Assembly (NCBI GenBank): GCA_963703315.1
Contig: OY969811.1
Span: 3,872,001 to 3,936,000 of the forward strand
DNA from: an uncultured cyanobacterium
Lineage (GTDB): Bacteria; Cyanobacteriota; Cyanobacteriia; Pseudanabaenales; Pseudanabaenaceae
Direction of reading: 5' to 3'
Length of the DNA: 64,000 nt
The notes under the pieces were generated by a model. That model saw only the letters and a program-made list of their open reading frames with translations, was not told the origin of the DNA and searched no databases. Of this stretch, positions 43,061 through 52,918 are shown piece by piece. The position numbers and the translations under genes are program-made. Each line of letters opens with the position of its first letter. The stretch's first letter is position 1.

Positions 43061-43609
43061 TCACTTAAACTTAGAGAGAATATCTGCACCGCGTTCTTTG
43101 GCAAGGTTTTCGAGGCGATCGCGCTCTGCTTTTGTAAAGGTAGTTCGGATAGAGCGAGCTTGATCACGCATTAGCTCCGCTTGCAACTTGCCACTTCGAT
43201 CAAACATGAATAGCTTTCCATCGTGGGAAAAAGCGATCGCAGCAACTTTGCCATTGAAGTGATAATTATAGGTAATACCACCGCCACCTTCAAGATTGCC
43301 TGCTGAAGCAGAAGAGACAAATGTAGCTGGATTTACTCGACCACCGCCTATACGGGTGGCACAAACGGTGAACCGATTCGATCTCTGCGTAATCGCTTTG
43401 CGATAACCATCGCAGGGTCGCTGTTCGATTTCTGCATAGGCTTCATACAGCGTTTTGGCAAGATTGGAATCTGTGGAGCGCTGTGCCACAATTACTCTTA
43501 TTGAAGACATCTGAGATTGTGCGATCGCTGTTTCGACAGAGGCTTGGGCAGCAAAGGGAACTGCGATCGCAGTGAGTAAGGGAATTGCAAAAAGTTGTGA
43601 GATTTTCAT
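43061..43609 (-). CDS. Secreted hypothetical protein, array member
   Basis: Sec signal ending AAQA; 2 Cys. Confidence 0.75.
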   Translation of the reverse strand: MKISQLFAIPLLTAIAVPFAAQASVETAIAQSQMSSIRVIVAQRSTDSNLAKTLYEAYAEIEQRPCDGYRKAITQRSNRFTVCATRIGGGRVNPATFVSSASAGNLEGGGGITYNYHFNGKVAAIAFSHDGKLFMFDRSGKLQAELMRDQARSIRTTFTKAERDRLENLAKERGADILSKFK

Positions 43610-43642
43610 TGTTTAGTTTGAATAAAGGTATAGAAAATATCT

Positions 43643-43727
43643 AAGAACCCCCTTTAATTCCCCCTTGCAAAGGGGGAAAATAAGAATTCTTGTTCTCCTT
43701 TGCAAGGGGAGGGTTAGGGAGGGGTTA
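43643..43727. repeat. Cyanobacterial CCCCCTT..AAGGGGG short dispersed repeat
   Basis: cccccttgcaaaggggg ... ctcctttgcaagggggagggttagggagggg. Confidence 0.75.
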
Positions 43728-43757
43728 TTGACAAGATTTTAGAAATTAGCCAATTTG

Positions 43758-44336
43758 TTAGAGATCGCAAGCTTGCTGTCCCCAAGTTAGGGGTGGTCTA
43801 GTGCGAGTACGAGCATCAAGGTCGGGAGCGCAGGTAAATTGCTTGATGGAGCCATCAGGAAAAAGTCCGATGGTTACTGATTCACCCGTGCGATCGCGTC
43901 CAAAAGTAACCGCAGCCACACTTTCACAATTTTGGATAATCTGCTTCGCAATCTCAGTCCTCACTTCATCGCCAGACTTCCAAAAATCAGCAACCCCGCT
44001 ACCACTGATGGTAAGTGTATATCTGCGATTGAGATTGGCTGAGCGATCGGGATAAGGCACTGATAAACGAGAAAAACGACTGTTATTGGTTACTTTCACA
44101 TCAGGAATAGTTTCCAACACATCCTTAACATTTGCGACCACCTGCTCACATACCGTTCCATTTTTGACTTTCGCTTCAGGTGATGGCGTATTAGTTGCGG
44201 TGGATGTTTGGGCGATCGCATTGGATGTGACACTAGGCATCACATTAGGCGCAGTCAAGGCTTGAGATTGTCCACAGGCAATCAGTGAGCAGCTAAGAGA
44301 GAGAAAACTGAAAAGTTTGATTTTAGAGAGTTGCAT
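43758..44336 (-). CDS. Lipoprotein, array member
   Basis: MQLSKIKLFSFLSLSCSLIAC; C-domain with 4 Cys. Confidence 0.85.
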   Translation of the reverse strand: MQLSKIKLFSFLSLSCSLIACGQSQALTAPNVMPSVTSNAIAQTSTATNTPSPEAKVKNGTVCEQVVANVKDVLETIPDVKVTNNSRFSRLSVPYPDRSANLNRRYTLTISGSGVADFWKSGDEVRTEIAKQIIQNCESVAAVTFGRDRTGESVTIGLFPDGSIKQFTCAPDLDARTRTRPPLTWGQQACDL

Positions 44337-44342
44337 ATTGAT

Positions 44343-44951
44343 TTAGCGCAAAAATTCTAGAGATTGGACAATTTTGGTAAACTCATTGGGAGTCATGTGG
44401 GCTGTGTCAGTGCAAATAATCGCAGCATTGATCCAATTGGCGGCTTTGCTATCGATAGTTCTCACGGAGTAGAAAGGCGATTTGCCTGCGGGAAAAGTCC
44501 ATAGTTGTTGTGGAGTCTTGGCGATCGCATCTGTCATCGGAGCGCCATTACCGTTGCCAATATTGACATCCACCTCGCCCAAAAGCTTAGTATTGACAGT
44601 GCGGGTGTAGCGCCCACTTGGACCACCAAGCCCGCCGCCAGTCGCCTCAACCGCAAAGCAATGATTTTGACGATTGCGATATAGCACCGTATAGTCAGGA
44701 CCAAAGCGGCAGACTCCGTTAGCATCAATCCTGTCTCCCTGACGACAAGGTTTAGTTTCGACTGCCGCCATCCAAAATCCTTGAGGCACATATTTGGGAA
44801 GCGCAACTTTGATGCCAAGGGACTTCAGTTTTGTGCTAAAGCTAGAGTTGATCAAACTATGACCATTATTAGTTTGGGCAGAGACGGGAGCCGCAAAAGC
44901 AGCAGTTAGAGTCAACAGGGAAAGTAGAGATAGGCAGGTAGTAAATTTCAT
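44343..44951 (-). CDS. Secreted hypothetical protein, array member
   Basis: Probable start MKFTTC; signal peptide; ALPKYVPQGF...CF.VEATGGGLGG. Confidence 0.75.
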   Translation of the reverse strand: MKFTTCLSLLSLLTLTAAFAAPVSAQTNNGHSLINSSFSTKLKSLGIKVALPKYVPQGFWMAAVETKPCRQGDRIDANGVCRFGPDYTVLYRNRQNHCFAVEATGGGLGGPSGRYTRTVNTKLLGEVDVNIGNGNGAPMTDAIAKTPQQLWTFPAGKSPFYSVRTIDSKAANWINAAIICTDTAHMTPNEFTKIVQSLEFLR

Positions 44952-45055
44952 AGGTAAGTTGGTGATTGTGTTTATTAAGAAAGCGTTCAAGAATTACTCG
45001 CTGTGATCAAAAAATTAGCTGAATCCAGACCAGTTGCTGAGTCCATCTCAGCCTC

Positions 45056-45445
45056 CTATTTATCAAAGGGTCTTTTAGAACTAGAGCATGTTTGATCAAG
45101 TAAATACGACGCAATCCAGCCTCTAGTTTGACTAGGCATATACTCTACATAGTCCCAATTCACTCCTTCATTATCACTTTGACGCACGATGGGTGAATAC
45201 CCGCTAATGCTGTAATACAGTTGGGCTACTCGTTGTCCCACTAAGACATAGCCAACGATCTCAGACTCAACTCCAGGGGCAGAGCGCATATTCACCCGTG
45301 ATCCCTTTTCTTGACCAAGAATATCAGCAAGGCAACGTCCTCGAAATGCTGGGGGTGTGTTTTGGGCATCGGCGATCGCAGTGAATTGAGGTGCGAGAGT
45401 GATGAGAGGGGCAATAATTGCCACCAAAACTTTAGTTAATTTCAT
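45056..45445 (-). CDS. Secreted SH3b-domain protein
   Basis: Signal peptide; SRVNMRSAPG...IVG...W.YV...RGWIA. Confidence 0.8.
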   Translation of the reverse strand: MKLTKVLVAIIAPLITLAPQFTAIADAQNTPPAFRGRCLADILGQEKGSRVNMRSAPGVESEIVGYVLVGQRVAQLYYSISGYSPIVRQSDNEGVNWDYVEYMPSQTRGWIASYLLDQTCSSSKRPFDK

Positions 45446-45719
45446 AGATTGGAATTTAGCTTCAGGCATTTCTTATGATTAAGATATCTCGACAATATCT
45501 TTGGTTCCAACTGATTTCGTCTCCTAGCGAGTAGGCGGGGAGGCTTCATTTTTGGAAATGCTTTACAGGTCTCTGTTTTAGCCACATTATCCTAAACGAA
45601 ATACAAGTAAAAAATGTAAGATCTTGATGGATTTTAGATTTTTTTAATTTTCGTTTTTGATATGGGCTGTAAGGCAGAGAGATAAGCCTCACTAAAGCGA
45701 AACCACCCTGCTTTACGTT

Positions 45720-46217
45720 CTAAAACGTTTTCCATTCTTCGCGATTGAGAAAGAAGCCGTTGCCTTTGGGGTTGGTGCAGGTCAGCCCGTTAGTGCGCGA
45801 CTTGCAAACAAAGCCGCCTCTGCTCCAAGTCTTGCCATAGGCTAGGGTCTTGTAATTGGGTGAATAGGCGCTATCCCCCGCACAAAGTACGCTCGGCTTA
45901 CCGACTTTGGGTAAAGATAAGCCACTGCCCCAATCCAAATTGCAGGATGCTGGCTGCGGTGGCATCGGGTTCAATTGGCTGACAATTTCACAACGCAGGC
46001 GGTCGCCATAGATCACGCAGTAAATATTTTTACTAGGCATGATGAAGCCATTTCGACTAAAAAAATCTTCCGATGATTGCGCGATCGCAGGTGCATTTAC
46101 AGGTGCATTTTGTGGCAAAGCTTCAGCTTTTAAACTGGTGAAGGGAAATAGAGAAGTGGCGATCGCTAAAACTGTCAAACAGGAAACACGAAATTTTGGC
46201 ATTGGATTGAGATTCAA
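45720..46217 (-). CDS. Secreted Cys-rich protein (DUF6636-like)
   Basis: F.MPSKNIYC...LRCEI...C.LDWG...LAYGKTW..GGF.C.S...GLTC.N..G.GFFL. Confidence 0.75.
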   Translation of the reverse strand: MNLNPMPKFRVSCLTVLAIATSLFPFTSLKAEALPQNAPVNAPAIAQSSEDFFSRNGFIMPSKNIYCVIYGDRLRCEIVSQLNPMPPQPASCNLDWGSGLSLPKVGKPSVLCAGDSAYSPNYKTLAYGKTWSRGGFVCKSRTNGLTCTNPKGNGFFLNREEWKTF

Positions 46218-46374
46218 TTAAATAAAATGTAAGTGATCATAAACCATCCAGAAGCAAGGCGATAGCTAAGTGCTTGTGCCAAATAAATTACCAAAACCCG
46301 TAAAATTGCGCCCCCGTAGGGGGCGCAATTTTACGGGTTTTGGTTTGTAATTAATTTTTTTGGTTTGACGATCG

Positions 46375-48276
46375 CTAGATATTGATACTTTGAGGAATGC
46401 GTGATGGTCTGAGGTAACTGTAATCGGCAATCCTTGTTTCATTGCGCGACTTGATGGTTTTCTCGATCGCCTTCAACTCATCCTGAAAACTCCGTAAGGG
46501 CTTCTCAATGCGATCATCAGTGAAATAGTCATCATTATAATCTCCTAATGTCGTGTAATAGACTGAACCGAGAATATAAGTCAGTTTCAATTGTCCCTTT
46601 GCCTGATCAATCGGTGGCAGTAATGCAAAGAAATCCTCTTCAGTTGCGCCTGTGGTCTGAGTCGGTGCAGGGGTATAGCCTGCTAAGGGAATTGCAGGAG
46701 TATACACAATTAAATCTCCCTGTGGGAAGTTCACGGCGGCGTGTTGAGCGCTGCCTGTGAAGATCACCGCTGTGACAGCCTCAGCTAAATAAGCTAAGGT
46801 GCGAATCTGTCCATTTTCGCCAAAGCTAGTCACACGACCACCATCATCAGCGATGATTTCCTTTGCCCATGCTTGCAGTTCAGTGTCCTTCTCTATATCT
46901 GCATCACTGGCATAATAAACTGATAGATAACTCTTGACCCAAGTAGCGATCGCTTCCCAAACTAATAGTGCATCATCACGATAGGGATAGTCAGGGAGTA
47001 AGTTGGGATTGTCAACACCGCGCTTCCTGAGAGCTTTAGGTAATACGGCATCCTCAAATTTATAGGATTTAACTCCATTCACAGAGACAGCGCGAGAACT
47101 GGCGATCGTTCCTGCCAGCAAGCCATCGACACCACCACCAGCACTCACTAATTTAGACTGTGCGGCATCATTGATTGCTAAAGTTCCTTGGAAATGCGGT
47201 TTGAGCAAGATATATAGAGGGTGATTGCTGGCAAGTTGCCGATTGGTGGCGATCACAAAGGGTTCCACAAATAAATGGGTTCTACCCAAATGGCTAAGTA
47301 GTTGATGATGATTCGCATCGGCAATCTGGACAACGGTTTTGGCAATCAACCAGTTCGGCTCATCACCAGTTTGGAGTAAAAAGATAGGATGAGTCTTGGG
47401 ATCTTGTCCTAATTGAATAGCGATCGGAATCAAGCTCTTTTCCCCTTGAGGAATGGCAAATAGAGCTAAAGGAGCATTAATGTACTTCTGTTCTCCTGTG
47501 GGAAAAGTACCACCAACGATCGCCTCTAGTTCTGCATAGTCTGCTAAATATAAACGTCCTTCTGCTCCTGCTGTAGCTAAGGAATCATTGGGTAAAACCT
47601 GTTGAAACTGCTCTTCAGTTAATGGGAATCTGGCATCAAGAGCGGCAATCCGTTGAATTACTAAAGGATTAAACCCAGCGACACGCAATCTCGCAAATTC
47701 AGTGTTACTAATATAGTTTTGGCTGATCGCAGGGAGAGGTATAATCCAAAATAGATTGTTATATTCTTCAATATTCACTCCTTCTAAATTAGTAGATGGA
47801 GTTTCTAAAACCGATGGTAAATCTTCTAATAGCTCTAGTAATGCCGAATCAGAATGAGCCGTACTTGCGGCGAGTAATCGTTTAGAAAAGTCCTGTTGCT
47901 TGGCTTTAGACTTTTGTTTGCCATCTTCTAATAGCAATGGGTTAGCTCGCTCATTCAGCAAAACCTTGACGGCGGCTTTCCCAACTAACAATCCCCAAGA
48001 TAATGAGAATCTCTCGTTGGTGGGAACTGTCTCTACTAATGGTAGTGAATCGATGTAGGTATAGTTATATTGATAAAGATTTCTAGCATTGTTCAGAAAT
48101 CTCTGACGTTGATTTATTTCAGGATCATTCTGAGGCAGAAGTGGATAACCACTGGCAGGCGATCGCCTTAATATCCAAGCAGCCAAATTTTCCAACTTTG
48201 CCGCGATAAACTTTAATACTTTGGCAACACCACCCAAAAGAGCAAAGATCATGGATGTACCTTGAAATTTATACAC
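46375..48276 (-). CDS. Lipoxygenase
   Basis: WLIAK, HQLLSHLGRTH, QHAAVN and C-terminal SINI iron ligands. Confidence 0.95.
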   Translation of the reverse strand: MYKFQGTSMIFALLGGVAKVLKFIAAKLENLAAWILRRSPASGYPLLPQNDPEINQRQRFLNNARNLYQYNYTYIDSLPLVETVPTNERFSLSWGLLVGKAAVKVLLNERANPLLLEDGKQKSKAKQQDFSKRLLAASTAHSDSALLELLEDLPSVLETPSTNLEGVNIEEYNNLFWIIPLPAISQNYISNTEFARLRVAGFNPLVIQRIAALDARFPLTEEQFQQVLPNDSLATAGAEGRLYLADYAELEAIVGGTFPTGEQKYINAPLALFAIPQGEKSLIPIAIQLGQDPKTHPIFLLQTGDEPNWLIAKTVVQIADANHHQLLSHLGRTHLFVEPFVIATNRQLASNHPLYILLKPHFQGTLAINDAAQSKLVSAGGGVDGLLAGTIASSRAVSVNGVKSYKFEDAVLPKALRKRGVDNPNLLPDYPYRDDALLVWEAIATWVKSYLSVYYASDADIEKDTELQAWAKEIIADDGGRVTSFGENGQIRTLAYLAEAVTAVIFTGSAQHAAVNFPQGDLIVYTPAIPLAGYTPAPTQTTGATEEDFFALLPPIDQAKGQLKLTYILGSVYYTTLGDYNDDYFTDDRIEKPLRSFQDELKAIEKTIKSRNETRIADYSYLRPSRIPQSINI

Positions 48277-48287
48277 CCAATAATATC

Positions 48288-48432
48288 GTAATTTTTAAGT
48301 TGGCGTAGCAAACTTAAAAATTACAAACAATTTACAGCCTAAGTAATTAAGTTGCGGCACGAAGCGCCGCAACTTACAGCCCAAGAAACATGTAAAAGCG
48401 TTGCTTCGCAACGCTTTTACATGTTTCTTGGG
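48288..48432. repeat. Three tandem GC-NNN-GC hairpins
   Basis: Hairpins at 48288-48324, 48348-48376 and 48380-48432. Confidence 0.85.
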
Positions 48433-48441
48433 GTTGGTGTA

Positions 48442-49137
48442 TTACTTGACTAGTCCTGCTCGGAGGGCGCGTACTGCTGCTTGAGTGCGGTCATCGGCAC
48501 ATAACTTATTCAAGATATTTCGTACATGGGTTTTGACTGTACCAACCGTAATGTAGAGACGCTCAGCGATTTCTGCATTGCTATTGCCATTGACGATCTC
48601 TGATAGTACCTCTAGCTCGCGCTCAGTCAGTGGTGTAGCTTGGAGGACTTGTTTGTAATCAGCCTCAGCCGCATCAATTTCTACGGTAGCTTCGCGGCGG
48701 CGCACTTGCTGTAACACGATATTGGCGATCGCAGGGTCAATCCATGAGTTACCCTCAGCCGTTAATTTCAAGGCTTGTACCAGATTCTCAGAGCTAATGT
48801 CTTTGATGCAGTAGGAGTCTGCCCCTGCGGCAAAGGCAGCTAAAACTGTCTCTTGGCTATCTGTCAAAGTCAGAATTAAAACTTTAGTCGCTCTACCCGT
48901 TTCGGTAGCGGTTGCTTTAATTTGGCGTGTTACCTCTACGCCATCAATATCAGGTAAACCCAAGTCAACGATCGCTACGTCAGGTTGTTGGCTATTTACT
49001 AGGGCAATACCTTCTGCACCCGTTGCGGCTTCACCAACAAAAACAAGCTCTCCCTGCTGTTGTAAAGCGATTTTCATGCCCATGCGGGTCAGGTCATGGT
49101 CTTCAATTAGGACAACACGAATCGAACTCATAAGCAT
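48442..49137 (-). CDS. NarL/LuxR-family response regulator
   Basis: Receiver (IEDH, VDLGLP) plus LTERELEVL...TVKTHVRNIL. Confidence 0.93.
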   Translation of the reverse strand: MLMSSIRVVLIEDHDLTRMGMKIALQQQGELVFVGEAATGAEGIALVNSQQPDVAIVDLGLPDIDGVEVTRQIKATATETGRATKVLILTLTDSQETVLAAFAAGADSYCIKDISSENLVQALKLTAEGNSWIDPAIANIVLQQVRRREATVEIDAAEADYKQVLQATPLTERELEVLSEIVNGNSNAEIAERLYITVGTVKTHVRNILNKLCADDRTQAAVRALRAGLVK

Positions 49138-49221
49138 TTTTGCAGATTATGCAACCGTCATTATTGTTACCAGAATCGCACAGAAGAGGCAATAAAACCA
49201 GATTGCGCCGCCACTCTTTGG

Positions 49222-49863
49222 CTACTTTTGGATAGCTTGACCTAATCGTTTCAGGATTTGGAGTACTTGCCCCAGTTCATGCTGTCTAGGAAATAGAGAG
49301 AAAGTCCGCGAAACGTCATATTGAGGCTGGCTATTGTGGGTCATTTTCAAGAAGACAAATTCATCACCATTCGTGGCTAAACCAAAGGATGGTTTGTCTT
49401 TTTGTCCATTGGGACTGGCTAGCATATATGCCAATAATTGCGGAATGGCAGCTAACACAGAGATACTAGTTCGTTTTGACTCAACTACTAAAATCCATAG
49501 GTTTTGTTGAATAACCAGCATATCGATAAAACCTCGCAGGATTTCCTCTGTATCATCCAGTTCTAGCGTGATTCCATAGGGTGAATGCATTCGATAGGGA
49601 GCATCTAGAAAACCTGCTAGTTCTAATAGAGGCGATACGACGACTACTTGGATTGTTCCTTCTAAGAGCAGTCCATCTAATCTTTGGTAGTCATAACGCT
49701 GTTTTAGTCGTTTGATACCTGCTTGTTCTGTCTCAGTTAATGCTGGTAAGTCTTCTTGCCATTCCCTAAAAAAGCGATCGCTATCAGCTTGTCGCAAATT
49801 AAAGCGATCGCTTAAATCATTCAGACTATGAATTGCATCGGTAATTCCTATCGTGGCAACCAT
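49222..49863 (-). CDS. Stand-alone restriction-endonuclease-fold protein (HsdR N-terminal-like)
   Basis: SPLLELAGF, GFIDMLV...VESK, QLLAYM, GLATNG. Confidence 0.8.
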   Translation of the reverse strand: MVATIGITDAIHSLNDLSDRFNLRQADSDRFFREWQEDLPALTETEQAGIKRLKQRYDYQRLDGLLLEGTIQVVVVSPLLELAGFLDAPYRMHSPYGITLELDDTEEILRGFIDMLVIQQNLWILVVESKRTSISVLAAIPQLLAYMLASPNGQKDKPSFGLATNGDEFVFLKMTHNSQPQYDVSRTFSLFPRQHELGQVLQILKRLGQAIQK

Positions 49864-51435
49864 TTAGTTTTTACCAACAACAAACGTTGACTCTAAGTTC
49901 TGATTATAGGTTGCGCCACTCTTTGTGGTTTGGGTGATGGCGATTTGGTAAGAGGCATTGTTGTTTTCGCGTAGCCAAGGAGAGCAGTAACGACCTATCG
50001 GTAAAGTGTAAGTATTGCCGTTAATAATTGCGCCATCGCTAGGTGCAGATTTGGGCGGAATTTTAAAAGTAATACTGCGCCGTTTTTGATAGTCAGAGGC
50101 GACTACACCTGTTGCGGATTCTTTGCTCAAACATTGCACTTGGATTTCGGTGTTTTTGAGCAGTTCACGTACATTGCCGCGATCGCTGAGAACTAATTGA
50201 TTTTCAGTACTTACCCCTGAGATTTTTTGTAATTGGAAAGCACTGACGCGATCGGGATGAAATCCGCCTGTAATTTTCACTACTTGGAGGTTTTCTGGTG
50301 CAGTGGCGGGAATGACTTGATATTCCAGTGTTCCTGCTAGTTGATATTGGATTTCAGCAGACTCATTACGAACATTCACGGTTGCGCCAACTTCTACGCG
50401 ATCGACTCCCAAAGCTGTTGGTGTTTCGGCGGCAGCCCAATCAAATCGATAAAATAATCTTGCTGTATCTTTTAAAAGAGTATAGCGATCCGATGTATTG
50501 GAACTAGGGCGCAGTAAGCTAGACAAACCTGTGCGATCGACCCAAATATTTTTAATCAGTCCTACTTTTTTACCGATCGCCTGTGCCAATGGTGCGCGAT
50601 CGCTTGTAATTTCCGCAGGAATATCTAGACGCGGTACAAGGGTAATCTTGCCATAGTTGCCTGTCTCGCCATTGCGCCCATTGTTGCTGGTCTCGCCATC
50701 ACGACCACTTTGACAGGAATAAACATCGGTGCGAGAAACCCCTTTATAAGTACGTCGATATAGCCAATCATCTTGCCGATATTCCGAAGATTTTGAAGAG
50801 GATTGCGAAAAATCAAAACCATCCGATGAACGCCTACAAAGTCGAGTTTCTTGAGACTCATAGGACCAAGGCGCTTTAGCATCTTTAAAGGGTCGTCGCT
50901 CAATATCCCAAGAACAATATCTAACTCGCCATTCTGGTTCTTGGCATTCACAGCCTTTACCACCAACAGCACCACGCCCATTTCTGCCGCCGCGTCCTCC
51001 TGCATTCCGAATTTCGATCTGCCGCAGATCCGCAATATTTGTATAAAAAATAATCGCATTGCCGCCATTGCCACCACGTCCACCATTGCCGCCATCACCA
51101 CCACGTCCACCCGATGCCCCAATCAGTGAGTATTCAGGACGATAGGGTTGGGCGCAACTACTAGCCGATCGCCCTGCGGTTCCATCTTCGCCGTCATCAC
51201 CATTTGTGCCAGTGAGGTCATAAGTAGCGGGTTTCCCATCACCAACAATTTTGATGTCTTGACCATCCCTGCCCGATCGCCCATCGCGACCCCGATCGCC
51301 CTCTTCTCCAGATCGTCCAAAAGTATTTTGGGCGATCGCTACTGAGTCAAATGATGGTCTGACTAAAGGTAAAGTCAGGATGGTGATTGGTAAAGCGGAG
51401 ATCAAAAATTTAAGCGATCGGGTTTTCCACATCAT
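49864..51435 (-). CDS. Secreted collagen-like protein
   Basis: Signal peptide; interrupted Gly-X-Y runs; Cys-containing inserts; globular C-terminus. Confidence 0.85.
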   Translation of the reverse strand: MMWKTRSLKFLISALPITILTLPLVRPSFDSVAIAQNTFGRSGEEGDRGRDGRSGRDGQDIKIVGDGKPATYDLTGTNGDDGEDGTAGRSASSCAQPYRPEYSLIGASGGRGGDGGNGGRGGNGGNAIIFYTNIADLRQIEIRNAGGRGGRNGRGAVGGKGCECQEPEWRVRYCSWDIERRPFKDAKAPWSYESQETRLCRRSSDGFDFSQSSSKSSEYRQDDWLYRRTYKGVSRTDVYSCQSGRDGETSNNGRNGETGNYGKITLVPRLDIPAEITSDRAPLAQAIGKKVGLIKNIWVDRTGLSSLLRPSSNTSDRYTLLKDTARLFYRFDWAAAETPTALGVDRVEVGATVNVRNESAEIQYQLAGTLEYQVIPATAPENLQVVKITGGFHPDRVSAFQLQKISGVSTENQLVLSDRGNVRELLKNTEIQVQCLSKESATGVVASDYQKRRSITFKIPPKSAPSDGAIINGNTYTLPIGRYCSPWLRENNNASYQIAITQTTKSGATYNQNLESTFVVGKN

Positions 51436-51520
51436 ACTAAAGCCTTTGAAAGCAATCTATTTTGTTGACATTATTATTACAAACTGAGTTCCAAAGTTAT
51501 AGCTAGATATAAACTCATAT

Positions 51521-51615
51521 TAAGTAGGTAGGCGTAATTAAACTTACAATGGGTTTCAGTCACCGCAATAGTTGGAGGCATAGCTATCTTATATTTAATT
51601 TATCCCACTTACTTA
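51521..51615. mobile_element. MITE-like element with imperfect TIRs
   Basis: taagtaggtaggcgtaattaaa ... tttaatttatcccacttactta; a related half-site at ~40658-40681. Confidence 0.55.
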
Positions 51616-51649
51616 GAAAAATATTCCTGAAAATTTTTACTCCGCTAGT

Positions 51650-52729
51650 TTATTTACTTAGATCTTTTAATCCAGTAATTAATTTTACTAATGACTCAAT
51701 TACGCCTAATTTTAAAGTTACATCAAGGGAGACAAGAAGCCATGCAATAAAAATGTAAGGCAAATTTTTGTTGATTTCTGCATTAGGATTAGGGAGCTTT
51801 TCAGGAAATAAAATATAAAATGCCATTATCATAAGTGGCAAAGTAATGCCAATGAATCTTATTGCAATCTCCTGTATTTTCTGAAGACGAGTCTGTTTAA
51901 TGACTTCGGCGGTCATTTGAAAAAATTGCCATTCCCAAGAACCATATTCTTCCGTGAAATAATAGTAGGCAAGATTATAAAAATTTTCCCTTAAATTACT
52001 AAGGGTTGTTTGCCTCGGTGCAATTAACCATCTTCTTCTTTCAAGAATATAGTAAGCCATATTTTTAAAGTGCTGTTGAATCCATTCTTGACTGACTGAT
52101 TTTCCAATACTATAATGCCAAGGAATTAAAGTTGTTACTCTTGCTAAGTAGTTCATTCTAAAAAGAATCATACTTTTAACATCTCGTCTATAAGTTACAT
52201 CATCTCTTTTTAATTCAAGATTTAGGTTGATAATTTGTATAACACACAAGGTTTCAGGAATTAAGTATTCTATGATTCTAACTAACAGCCTAGAATATAT
52301 GATCTGTATTGTTATAAAAGAAATTCCATATATTGCGTATACAATAGGTAAAGAAAAAGAATTGTCAAAAAACTGTAAAGTAAAATAAATAAATAGATAA
52401 ATTCCAATAAAAAAAGGAATTGACCCTAATAAAAAATAAATGGTAAATCGCTTGCGATGTTCATCTGCAATTTGAGTATACTTCTCTTTTTTTAGTCCAA
52501 AAAAGTCGAGTGAAAAATCTTCTGCCAAATCAAAAGATGAATCAGTAATCAGTCCCTTTAAAAAAGATGAAATTATTTTTTTATGACCATCAGAGTTAAT
52601 TGTCATTGAGAAAGGAAATCCAACAACGTATCCTAGAAAATGTTTACTTAACCATAATATTTTTAATAATAGTTGAGGTCTATTATAAAGAAAATAGCCT
52701 TCAAGTTTCTTCTTCGCTTGATCATCCAT
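51650..52729 (-). CDS. Very AT-rich hypothetical membrane protein
   Basis: 359-aa ORF with 4-5 hydrophobic segments; no HIP1 seen. Confidence 0.7.
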   Translation of the reverse strand: MDDQAKKKLEGYFLYNRPQLLLKILWLSKHFLGYVVGFPFSMTINSDGHKKIISSFLKGLITDSSFDLAEDFSLDFFGLKKEKYTQIADEHRKRFTIYFLLGSIPFFIGIYLFIYFTLQFFDNSFSLPIVYAIYGISFITIQIIYSRLLVRIIEYLIPETLCVIQIINLNLELKRDDVTYRRDVKSMILFRMNYLARVTTLIPWHYSIGKSVSQEWIQQHFKNMAYYILERRRWLIAPRQTTLSNLRENFYNLAYYYFTEEYGSWEWQFFQMTAEVIKQTRLQKIQEIAIRFIGITLPLMIMAFYILFPEKLPNPNAEINKNLPYIFIAWLLVSLDVTLKLGVIESLVKLITGLKDLSK

Positions 52730-52918
52730 TTTTATTCAGATAAAGTTATCAAAAAATTATAGAGTATTTATCTTTTTTGGCGTTGTACATCTTCATAATG
52801 CTATTCAAGTATTGTGTCTTTGGCTCCTTACCTAGTAAGACCCATTAACGTTTGGTCATTATGAATATCGGCAACGCCCAAAATTCGGACAACCTAGCCT
52901 AAATTTAAAATAAAAAAT

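Noticed and set aside
40684..46217. Diversity-generating retroelement or shufflon as the source of array variation
   Set aside because: No reverse transcriptase or invertase, no adenine-specific TR/VR pair seen, and all genes share one orientation
50625..51345. Alternative-frame and antisense ORFs in the collagen gene, and similar shadow ORFs in copA, dnaN, cheA, MCP and the transposases
   Set aside because: They overlap well-supported genes, show no motifs and are explained by codon bias
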